The position numbers were made by a program, and so were the translations under genes. The notes beneath the pieces are model-generated. The model saw only the letters and a list, made by a program, of their open reading frames with translations. It searched no databases and had not been told where the DNA came from. A stretch of DNA of 64,000 bases, taken from Phoronis australis (taxonomy: Eukaryota; Animalia; Phoronida). Shown piece by piece: positions 38,288-50,000 of this stretch (the stretch's first letter is position 1; every line of letters begins with the position of its first letter). The DNA lies in contig NMRA01000011.1 in assembly GCA_002633005.1 (NCBI GenBank), forward strand, positions 1,028,855 to 1,092,854, written 5' to 3'.

Positions 38288-40392
38288 CCGTCTTATGTCT
38301 GAGAGAGTGCCTACTGGGCTTGCCCTTGGTAGGGTCTCTTTCGGAAATCCTACTTTTTCGAAGTGTTTGTTTTTGTTTGAACTCACCTGTTTTGCTTTGG
38401 GATGGTAATAGCTGCAACTAGCTGAAGCCACTGCTCCGAATAATTGCACAAAACCCAGGATACCACATAGAAGGGGTACTATCCATTTAATCTCCGGGAA
38501 ACCTCGAGAGTTGCGCTGTCCAAACGGGCTCTATAAGAATTTAAGTTACCACAATCATTTCACTCCAACGACATGCTCTTATGTGTTAGGAAAATGTTTT
38601 GACAAACTAAATTTAAATATAAAATATCAGCATTTCCACGAAGAAATCAGAGCTTATCGGCGTCCAGCCACATTTTGGAATATGCAAGGTCAGTTAAAGT
38701 CACAATTGACCCTGCCTAGCTGTCCAAAAACAAATGAGGAGTTTTACTCACGTAAGATCGGTACCATTATATTGATTTTCATGGTAGTGTTCTATTTCCT
38801 TTATCAGCTAAGATCATCGATACCATCAGCGACTCAAGAAAATGCTTAAGAATATGTTGGAGTTGGCCAAACCTAAAACTGCAGATTCGAAAATGGCACA
38901 TGTACGCATTGCCTATGACTTTAATACCGGATATTTCCGGCGGTAACAATTCAAGATCGAATGATCGTGTTACTGTATTAATCCCAAAGCGCTGTGGTTA
39001 CGAATTCAACAGTGACAACTAAGCAGGTGTCGAAATGCTTATTTAAATGTTAGTGAAATAACAAAATTGTGTACCTTCACAAGTTCAGCGACAGAGAGAG
39101 AAATAACGATGGGTGCAAACAGGACGGCTCCAACAAAGGCCACCATCTTGTGTACAGCATCCTACAAACAAACAAAGTCATGAACGTCATGCCAGAAACA
39201 GTGACAGTCTGGGCCGTATTGGCACTGAAGGCTTCTGCTCTGGGACCCTCACCTTCAGGGTCACGCGCCATCACCAAAAAGATATAAGACAAAATGTTAG
39301 AATACCACGTGATTAAGACATAACGTCCCGCCACCATTGGTCACTGTTTGGGCCTATGCAGCCGCAGTGGAAGAATAGAAAATGGTAATTGTCTGACCTG
39401 ACACTCTTGTGGTGGTCTTGGATCCATGCCTGTGCAGGTACGTTTTGTTACGACTCAAATAAATGTAGCCTATCTTGGCATGTCCCTGGAGGCCGGCTTC
39501 CTCACAGGTGTAACGTGGTGAAATAAATAGATATTAAAGGGCATTACGGTAATAAGTAAATGGGATGCTGACCGCTGAGCGATCATCTTAAAAAACTGCA
39601 TACCGAATCGCGAGACATTGCCAATGAGAATTCTGGGCCTACGCAACGGAAATGGCGTTTTTACTCACTCAACATTCCATCCTCGTCATTTACCTACTTT
39701 CATTTCTGTGGCGACCATTGTGCTGCGTACGCTAATAAGGTGCCGAGATTGCTCATCTTTCAAACATGGGATTTTGTGTGTTCTGGTCAAACTCTCGTGA
39801 AGTTTACTCTATGAACGCAGCCCTGGTCATCTCGGATTGACTGTGATGGTAGACAATTTATATGATGTTGGTGGAAATGTAATTATCTGTTTGTCACTCT
39901 TGTACAGCGTGCGTCTGATTACATACGTCAAAAATCTTATCTGGTTTTGAGGGCCAGTGATATATCTAGGCATTTTTTACCCGTAGTCTAAGCATCAAAT
40001 TTTGCGCACGTTAATTACGTTCTTAACAGAGGCAAACGGTGATGAGATTTTTAACTTACCATGAGAGGCTTGCTTTCTTTGGTTTTAGAACGACATCGGC
40101 CAACTCGTACTCCTAAAATTCCCGTCACCAGACCCCATAGTCCCGCCCATATGGCGTACCCAGTGGACCCGATAACTCGACTAAGATCCCAGTTCTTGCA
40201 GGGGAAGTATGGCTCTCCATCAGAATCAATTTTGTCGCAGACTTCTATACTTTTCTCGTAGTTGTCCAGCGCCAGTTTCATTTCGTAACATCCTAGTGCC
40301 ATTAGGAGTAGTCCTAGGCAAATATGAAAAGCGCCGAGTTTGAGGAGCCTCCCGAAACGAAGCCGTTGGTTGTCATCAGAAAACGCTACCAT
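38288..40392 (-). CDS. MS4A/CD20-like four-pass membrane protein; exons 1-3, 3' exons unresolved
   Basis: Exon 40392-40060 (TM1 LGAFHICLGLLLMALG; TM2 GYAIWAGLWGLVTGILGV). Exon 39161-39075 (DAVHKMVAFVGAVLFAPIVISLSVAELVK). Exon 38515-38387 or 38515-38288 (RNSRGFPEIKWIVPLLCGILGFVQLFGAVASASCSYY...). All junctions are GT-AG, phase 0. Candidate last exons start at 36373 or 33796. Confidence 0.82.
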
Positions 40393-41185
40393 TTTGAGAG
40401 TTCCGAGCTGTCGTCCACACGCGAAATAGCACTGTAGTTAAATGTATGTGTTAGCACAAGATAATGATCGAAAACACATAGGCTAGTTCATTGTTTCACG
40501 GCATCAATTACTGCATGGTTTCAGTTATGTTCCTGCCCATCGAAGCAGCCAATTTGGTGTCATGTACAAATTGCATCATAGAAAAGTCTAGCATAGTTCT
40601 CAAACGTTAAATGCACATTATCAGTTTTACGTATATTGTTATTTCATTCCAGGTTCTAGCGACTTCAGTATCTGAATCCACGTTTTTTAGGTAATTTCTA
40701 CTGTTTCATTCTCTTGGAACTTGGAACATGGTTTCAGGTTATGTTCCAGTTCATTGCAGCTCTTAATCTGCGATATTGCAACATGAAAACTTCAACCCGC
40801 TGTAGAGCACATTACATTTCAAAACTGAGAGAATAAGTTCACTGGAACCGCTAAAGATTCCAGGTTTCAAAGAAGTAAAACCATAATAATTTCCTTGAAG
40901 CACGTGCCCATATGCTAAAGTCACTGGAGCCTTGGAATGAAATAATAATACACGCACCTAGATGGTTAGTCTTTGACAGGTAACCAGGTACTCAATCCGC
41001 AGGGGAAAGTTACCGTTAACCCACTATAAATGTGCTGTTGGTGCTAGCTCGGTCATGTGGGTAACGAAACATATGATATATTTCAATATTGACTCTTCGT
41101 GGGCAGCATCACATATACAAAATAAACTACCTCAGGATAAAATTGACAATCAAGATTTTATAAAATTCCATCTTTATTACTAGTA

Positions 41186-41226
41186 CTCGATGTTTCACAA
41201 CTTCCACTGAGCTGTATTATCAAGAG
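41186..41226 (-). ncRNA. Minimal type I hammerhead-ribozyme-like motif (U3-A8 variant) of Penelope-like element type
   Basis: Minus strand reads CTC-TTGATAA-T-ACAGC-tcagtggaa-GTTGT-GAAAC-ATC-GAG. Helix I CTC/GAG, helix II ACAGC/GTTGT, core UUGAUAA...GAAA. AATAAA follows ~7 nt later. Confidence 0.5.
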
Positions 41227-41373
41227 AATGAATACACACTACATGCAAAACGAATACACAATGTCGTCATCTTATAACATCCAGCAATTCCAGTCTCTGT
41301 AATTTCCCGCCATGCGTGTTGTGTGTATTCATTTGCTTGATATTACAGCTCAGTGGAAGTCGTGAAACGTCGA
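41187..41373. mobile_element. ~60-bp inverted repeat (arms 41187-41247 and 41313-41373), a Penelope-like pLTR inverted arrangement
   Basis: Arm 1 tcgatgtttcacaacttccactgagctgtattatcaagagaatgaatacacactacatgca closely matches the reverse complement of arm 2 with only scattered mismatches. Confidence 0.7.
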
Positions 41374-43147
41374 CTGCTGGAATTTTTCAAAACCTTGATC
41401 GTCAATTTTATCCTCATGTTATGGCAAAAACGAAGTTCAATTCTACTTCAGATGGCAACTTTTTCGTTCTCTGCCGGCTTGCCTGCTGGCGCCGTTTTAT
41501 TACTGGTGAACTGTTTCATTTATACCTGTCCAACGTCTCGGCAAAAATTGGCGCCTGCAAGATCAATAATTAAGCTAGAATCGGGTACGACATGGTAAGC
41601 GCGGAGGTTAGCGTTATGGAAACCGTAGCTCTTCACTTTCACATTCTATAGAAGGCATTTATATTCTTTCGAATTCTGATACTGCAAAGTATTCCATCGT
41701 AATCTGCAACGTAGAAAATGCTGACGCTACATTTGTTTCCGTAAACGTTCTTCTGGAATTCGGCAATTGTGATTTTACCTGAATAAAACAGTTATACAAG
41801 GAACTTTTGTGGGAAGCATGTAGGCTGTGGATCACCACGTCAGCTCATACCACGTGAATTGCCACTGTGACAAATGATCTTGATGTCCCGGAGCACTCAC
41901 TCGTACAGATTTTCTAAAGTGTTGAAGTCTTGCAAGTCGACTCTTACGTGTTTTGCACACACGACTTACCCGACTACCATGTCTTGCTCGCAATGAATGC
42001 AACCCATTCTCCTAGAGAGATAGCAGTTAGTCGCCGTGGTCTTTGATTAATTGTGTTAATAAAATTAGGCTTAGGTCCTGATAAAGATAACGGAAATATT
42101 ACGTGCCTCTATGTTTTATCTCTTACGGTTGCACTCAGTACGTCAAACTATGGTGTCTGGGGCATTTTAATTTAAAACAAATTCTACAATAATTTTATTT
42201 TCTTCGTTGCTTATTTTGTTACCTATTTCAGGGCCCGGATGCATAAAAGTTATACGCGGAATAGTAGCAATGATATCGCATTATCGCAGGTCGCGTTGTC
42301 ATTGTTAATCACTCTGCATTTGACGTCATATTGCAATCAAACTTGTCCTTGTTTGTGCAACCCTGTCCATATCTCTTCGTTGACATATCAAAAAATGATC
42401 ACAGGACTGTATTTCCAATAGAAGCAAGCAAGCAGATTTGCTTGTTGCTATCGTTTTACTAACACTTTTACAATCCAATTGCTGCCAACTGAAGTCGATG
42501 CTGATGCATTAATCTTGGTGGACTTAAACTGGACTCCTAAATGATATTGATTGTGGACACAGGAATTTAGTTATTCTATGAATTTCCCAATTTCAGAAAA
42601 TAAAAAATAAATTGTCATGATAAGATATTCGCATAATTTGGTAGTTATGGAAACAACGCGATCGATAGTTGCCGTACGCTGGATTACAAGAGCGATTTCA
42701 AGCTATTGAACGTCACTTCGCAATTGCCACTAATGTGACGAAAACTGTGACATATCTTCATCGATCTTTCTCTCTCAACTCGGCAACACTGAATCCTAGT
42801 TCCTCAGACCATACAGGGGAGCATTACTTTTTTAGGGCGTTTCTGGTCAAATTGGCTTAGCTTACGTGGTTTTAAAAGTACTTTAGTCAGCTAAAAACGA
42901 AAACCATAAAACCGCACTCATAACAGTCCTGCACTGTGATTGCATCATTTTTCTGTTTTCAACAAGACCATAGAATGCATCACCGACCAAGAAAACGCAT
43001 TACAGTGGTAATGTTTTTCAACCCCAAAGCGCTTTAGTTAAGAATTCCAACTCAAGAATTCATCATTCACACTGAACCAGCTGGCAAAATGCAGCTTCAA
43101 AAGCTGCATGAAAGTAAACAGCGTTGAGGAGTTCATCTTGAAATCTA

Positions 43148-43557
43148 TACCGTAAGGACTGCCGCGTCTTTAGGCCCATGGGCCTACATCTAATAGGATT
43201 TTTTGTGGCCTTTTTTACCCAAGTGGTTTGCATATTGGCGTATGCGCCTATCTTTCGTTGATGAGCCCAGGTAATGTCCCCTGTGTAGGCTCATACATTA
43301 ATTCACATATAGGCACACCTGTTTTGACTGCTGCTGTGCCCTACGTTTGTCTTTAATTGTATCTTTGGCCGGGAGATCCTTAGCGTATTTCAAAGAATTT
43401 GGTGAATAATGTTGTATTGTCGTATTGCCGCGCCTTTAGGCCCTTGCGCCTATGTAAGAAATAATGCCTTTTCGTGGATTTTTTAACCAAATGGTTCACA
43501 TAGTTTCACACAAAAGATCAGTTCCGCACTATCGCCCAATGGCGCGGCAGTATGGTA
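43148..43557. mobile_element. Tc1/mariner-type MITE, degenerate
   Basis: The left end TACCGTAaggACTGCCGCG matches the reverse complement of the right end, TACCATACTGCCGCGC. An internal repeat GCCGCG.CTTTAGGCCC occurs at ~43427. Confidence 0.55.
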
Positions 43558-44137
43558 TCAAGAGGAACGTGGTCATATTATTTTATCATGAATGTACCGT
43601 TCTTATTTACTTAATTTTACTAAAAATGCATTATCGCGTGATCCAGTTAAATGCAGATTAGAATAAATTCAAACATTAAATTATTCAGGTTTTCTACATT
43701 CAGGAATTATACCGTAGGCCTAGTTTTACCGTCACGGTGTCCGGTTGAAATCTGTATTTTTGTTTAAATATTGTACCAAAAGCACACTTATACCGATAGG
43801 GGTCTCAGAGAGTCTTAAAGTCACTCAGATACTAATGACATGATATTAGACTGACACATTGGAGAACAAGTGAAGTCGAGTTACCGAGCTATTCTTATAT
43901 TTGAGCGAATAAAACGTTAGCGTGCATTTTTACCTCTGCATTTTAGAACTTACATCTTTAGGACTTTATTTTCACAGTATATGCTAGACTAAAAGATAGT
44001 CTTTGTCTCTATGGCCTCGCCTATCGCATTCGTAGAGTTGATCAGGTGTTTTGTAATTGGTACGTAATTATTTCCTAAGCAAGGCATGGTTATAGGCCTA
44101 CTCTGGCAATTTTCAAATGTGTCAGTTTACCGAAGGT

Positions 44138-46526
44138 AATGAATATGGAAATTGAATGAAGTACACATAGAATCAAGGTAAAAGTTGAAATACACTACCA
44201 GGGATTACGGGTGGCCCGGCTCTGAAAATTATAACTGACATAGTATTTCAACTTGCAATTTCATTCAATGTGTATTTCCTTCAAATTTCATTTTACGTGA
44301 AATTTCATTTTGGTGCACGTGCACCAGTGCAACAACGATATAAATAGCACTGGTTTCTAGTGTTCCCTAAAATAAAATCAGACTGAAATGAAAGATTCAA
44401 CCCTCCACCGACAGAGGGCAGGGTGTAAAAAATGGCTTCGAGTGCAGTTGAAAGATTGGTATTGTAAATTTGATAGCAACCCGTAGAATAGCGTTGTTGC
44501 ACAGGCTTTTCAATTGCACCCACCAAGGTGCGTATTTTACCTATTGTAATAATGCTTTTCCTGTTTTGTAGTGTTTTACCAGCTGCTAAGCCTACGACAT
44601 GTGTTGAGCCAACCAAAGACGTTACTCTACCAGTACCAGTCTACTGTCTGTCTGTGCCAACCCGAGTTCGGCACGTGCACTGCCTTTTAAATTTACAGAT
44701 TTACACTTGCGAAAATCGGTGCGTGCACAGACACACAGAACGTAGGATACGAGTCAGAAGCAGGCGAACGTCTGCTCAGTAAGCTGTATAAGATATAGTA
44801 TTGAGTGACGTCAGTGGTGATCGGGGAACAGATAAACTCAAGCGCCTGTGGCTAAAATATAGACAAAATCACGTGTTCTCATTTAAAATACACGGCAATA
44901 TCTCAGCATGGGCGGATCCAGAATTTTGAGTTGGGGGGGGGGGGAGTGCAGGGCAGAGTATTTGCCAGGATTTTGCCAATCAGACATTAAATGGTACTGC
45001 TCAGCGTTACTGAACGGGTGGCAGGATAGATGTAGTTGTTTCTTCTGGGATAGTTAACTTCTTTCTGCTTCAGTGAATTCATAAGCAGTGCTCCAAGGCA
45101 TAGGGGGTGCATGGGGTGGACTGAACCATGATGTGCCTGTGCTCCCCGTCTTCCNAATGATATTTGAATGGTATACACATAGAATCAAGGTAAAAGTTGA
45201 AATACACTACCAGGGATTACGGGTGGCCCGGCTCTGAAAATTATCACTGACATAGTATTTCAACTTGCAATTTCACTCAATGTGTATTTCCTTCAAATTT
45301 CATTTTACGTGAAATTTCATTTAGGTGCACGGGCACCAGTGCAATAACGATATAAATAGCACTGGTTTATAGTGTTCCCTAAAATAAAATCAGACTGAAA
45401 TGAAAGATTCAACCCTCCACCGACAGAGGGCAGGGTGTAAAAAAATGGCTTCGAGTGCAGTTGAAAGATTGGTATTGTAAATTTGATAGCAACCCGTAGA
45501 ATAGCGTTGTTGCACAGGCTTTTCAATTGCACCCACCAAGGTGCGTATTTTACCTATTATAATAATGCTTTTCCTGTTTTGTAGTGTTTTACCAGCTGCT
45601 AAGCCTACGACATGTGTTGAGCCAACCAAACTCCAAAGACGTTACTTTACTGTCTCTGACTGAGTCTGTGTGTCGAGTTCGGCACGTGCACTGCCTTTTA
45701 AATTTACAGATTTACACTTGCGAAAATCGGTGCGTGCACAGCCACACAGAGCGTAGGATACGAGTAAGAAGCAGGCGAGCGTCTGCTCAGTAAGCTGTAT
45801 AAGATATAGTATTGAGTGACGTCAGTGGTGATCGGGGAACAGATAAACTCAAGCGCCTGTGGCTAAAATAATTATAGACAAAATCACGTGTTCACATTTA
45901 AAATACACGGCAATCTCTCAGCATGGGCGGACCCAGAATTATGAGTAGGGGGGGAGGGGGGGGTGCAGGACAGAGTATTAGCCTATCAGACATTAATTGG
46001 TACTGCTCAGCGTTACTGAATGGGAGGCAGGATAGATGTAGTTGTTTCTTCTGGGATAGTTAACTTCTTTCTGCTTCATGAGTTCATAAGCAGTGCTCCT
46101 AGGCATAGGGGGTGCATGGGGGCTAGAGCCCCCCACTTATTCCAGTGTTGCGCTTCCCAATGGACTTAATGGGCAGTGCATCATGTGAGGCTGGGGCCAG
46201 TGGGGGCTAGTAGTTCCCCACTTATTTCAGTGCTACATCACCCATCATAATACAGTTGGGACTTTCAGTTCCATTTACCTCCATATTGGTAGTTATGCTG
46301 AATTTTAAAACAGTGACACGATACAGGGTAAAGTGCATACGTGCATTTAATTAAAATGCAAGGGAAATCCCTGAAACTTTCCGATTGTGAGTCATGTGGC
46401 CTGCGCCTGCACAACAGGCACTTCCGTTGCCAAGTGGAACAATGGGTGCGCAAACCTCAAATTAGTCCTCCGCCAACCTGGGATTAACTGGACTGAACCA
46501 TGATGTGCCTGCGCTCCCCGTCCTCC
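44138..46526. repeat. ~1-kb near-identical direct duplication across the N at 45155 (44138-45154 vs 45156-46526; the second copy has ~370 extra bp at 46121-46488)
   Basis: Long identical runs (tacacatagaatcaaggtaaaag..., ctgaaccatgatgtgcctg...) on both sides of the N. Confidence 0.9.
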
Positions 46527-47038
46527 ACTAGCCAGTACGGATGCATGGGCCGGAGCCGATACGTGGACCACGGCTCCAATAGATAAACATGCAGGGACGC
46601 GACTGCCAAGGCGGGGACTGTGAGTCGGGGCAGACCATCAGCTGAAGACCTGGTACATGCTCCCTGATGACTAATATCAGTTTTGCCGCCAGGGTTTTGC
46701 ACCTTTCAGAAAGCATCACGAATGACCAATATCCGATACATTTCTGGGAACTTTGAAAAATTTCCATCGCAGTGTTTCTGAAAGTGACACTAATGGCCGA
46801 TAAATGACGCATTGCACTTTACCCTATATCGTGCCATTGTTGTGAAATTTCGTCACCACTATCGACATGGAGCTAAATGGAACTGAAAGGCCCAACTGTA
46901 TCATGTTTGGTTTTTTAAAGGAGCATGTGTGTCCAAACTGGTGGAAGATGGTCAAATGTAGCGATTAACTCAGAGGAATGTAATGGATCATATTTCAATA
47001 CGTCCAGACTGTCAATCACTGATTACGTTTTCTAGGTA

Positions 47039-50000
47039 ATGTCGGATGTGCCGAAGTTTGACATCACAGACTGGAAGCCTGAGGGACCTGCCAGTCTTCA
47101 GTTTATGGGTCTGTTAGCTCCAGATGGTGGATACGTCGGCCAGTTTCAGTATGAACAGAGAGATCAGTGTGGGAAAATAAGGACGTCCTCTGAAAATAGA
47201 AAGCACCGGCGAAAGGCATTGGCAGACTTTCAGAGAGGTTGTAAAATCTAGAACATTAGAATTGTTGTTTGTTCCTTTTGAAATGACATGTTGGATAACG
47301 ATGTTTTTTGTTACGCCGTACACTCCCTGTTGTTTCTTGTTTTGTTTGTCATTGACAGCAGTGCATTTATCCCTCAAGAGTCTTGCGTTGAATCTTTGAA
47401 GCTTTTGCAAACCCACCTTGTGTCAAAATATAACTTTTAATGATGACCACTCATTAATGAAGACCACTAAGTAGAGTTATAAAATTGACGTCATCACGTT
47501 GCGTATTCAAACTTAAGATGCTTTCTAGACTTGGAAAGGATTGACAGTTTGTTTTTGCTTGAAACCAGGCTCAACATGTTGCCTTGTCATGGCTCATCAT
47601 TCTGTGCACCAAGCATGGACGCAAATAGTAGTGAACTGTTCATTCTTTTCATGCTCAGAACACACTTCTCTTGAGAAAGGAAACTCTGATATTAGTTCTG
47701 TAACAGTAAGTGGTCAGAATTTTGTTTCTTTGGTGTAACACGACTGTAGGTTCCACTTTAACAGATGTTTGGTGCATTTGCTATTGAGTCATGTTTAGTT
47801 TTCGTCTTTTAAAGAACTTCAGTGTATGACAATAGGACCATCCCGGATTGCACGGCGATAGAACTCTCCTTTGTTCTGGAGATAAGAAAGGGTGTACTCT
47901 CGTTTTGGAAATCCGGCACATTTCCTGTCTCTCATTGATGTCAGGAAGGCGAAGAATTTCACCGAGATTATGCATCCACTGCTATTTGTCCAGTTTATCA
48001 AACTTTCTGACTTTGGAGTTGCAGCCCACACCACAACAATAATAATTTGTTGGTATTTGAAGGACAATTGGAGTAATATAACCGAGAAAAACTTGTACAG
48101 AATCGGACAACAACAAGTAACACGTGAAACTCCAACGAGGCTGCAAATGTGCCTGACAGATGTTTTGCAGCTTTGTGGGTAAAAAAGCAAGATTCAAGTG
48201 TCGCTTTGTAATCCGAATGACCCTATTGAACTGGGCCAGTCATTGATATTAGAATGATTCTTTTCCAGATGATAAAGTGTTGTTGAAGGCAGTTTCCAGT
48301 GACAACTTTGCTAAAGGTTTGTGTAATGAAATGCCCACTGGTTTATGTTAATAAGATGTTTGTTGCTTACTTTTCTGACCAAGTCGGGTAATTTTAGGAG
48401 CGCATCCTGGGTCAATAGTGCAAAAATAATTTTGCTAACGCACTGTGTTTGCTTAACTCGGGGCAGAAAGCCAAATTGAAATTGAAAGAGCCAAAAAAAC
48501 TAACGTGGCCCATTAGGTCCACCATAGACAGAACAGGGAGTCAAAAGACTCTAGCAACTTTAGACGATGCCTGAATCCAAGCCATTTGTTTTAACAGCAT
48601 TTGAGTGAATGTGAAAGGCATGTTAAGCTTTATGTGTATCCCAAATTATGTAACATTAGTTTGAAGGTTATAATTTTGAAGTATGTAGTAACAGGAATTT
48701 GAGCGAGTGTGCATTAAGTGTAGTAAACAGACAGCATTTTTGTGTTGTCAATGAACTTAGTGTTCAAGAATGGTTGCTGTCAATTTCTTCGAAATAATAC
48801 TGTTCAAACTGACCTTCGCCCAATGCGCACATCGTCTGCCTTCAGTTCGTGATCTTGTCCAGAGTGGGAGTGATGTGAACTATGCTGATGAGCGTAAGAG
48901 AACCGCATTACACATGTGTGCAGCCAAGGGAAACGTCGCAATATGTAAGTTCTCTGTTATTATGTTACACGGTGTAAAACAGGATTAGAGGGACATATGT
49001 GAAATCAAGTAACTCTCAAATTATTCGTTGCTCATGTTTTAATGTAACATCTTTTGACCCCAACGCTTCAAGTGGCCATTTTGTGAAGGTCAAAACGAGA
49101 AATAGTGAATCTATGACTTGACGTTATGTAAATTTTCAGAAATTTAGGTCAATACACGGTGGACAAGTGAAATTAAGATTTCATTTTTTTCATTAAAACT
49201 GAGTACCACCAAATAAATACTGTCATGTGTTCTCATAAAGCTCAATTGGGTTCATACTGCTATCATCTCTCTCTGTTATCCGCTATATATCTCTTGAACC
49301 CCCTTGTAGGATCTTTATTAGATTTGCCAGATGTGTTCCTATGAAACTGATGATTGAAGATGACGAGTTTCGGACTGATCTGACTGCCATTTTTCTCCCT
49401 AGTGGTGATTTTATTATTTTTCTCGTTCGCTTCTGCATCTTTGCAGTTGTTTGATGATTCTCGTGAAATATGATAAATAGATGTCTACGACGCCTTGGGA
49501 CAGATTTGACAATTAGGCTGCCATCTAGTGTTCATTTTATATTATTTTTAATCCACCTCTGTATCTGCCAAACTGCTTGAAGGATCACTACGAAATTTGG
49601 CAGGTGCATTAGTAACAAGAAGGCTGACATTGATTTTTGACGAGTGTGAAACCTGTGGTGTCAATTTTTTGCGTATTTGGCTGGCTGTATTATCCCCTGC
49701 AGGATCTCTTTGAAATTAGGCGTGTTTACTTATGAATGTGACAACAGATGATGACGTGGCTTTATTGCTTTTACATCTGTATCTTTAGAGTTCCTTGACA
49801 GATTTTCATGAAGTTGGACAGAAAGGAACAGGAGGAAAAGTCGATGTATTCCCGTTTTCTCATAGATTCAACCTATGCTGTCGCTTAGTGGCCATTTATA
49901 TTCTCGCAACAGATGACAAGGACTGTTGGGCAAATCTAACTCATTACGGAGTTTTCCCGTTGCTCCCAACTTGTTCGATTCTATAGCCCAACAACAAGTT

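Noticed and set aside
44305-45793. Repeated ORFs (MVGSTHVVG..., MRILPIVIML... with a signal-peptide-like start)
   Set aside because: The repetition is explained by the gap-flanking duplication, the frames are not conserved between the two copies, and there are no recognisable domains.
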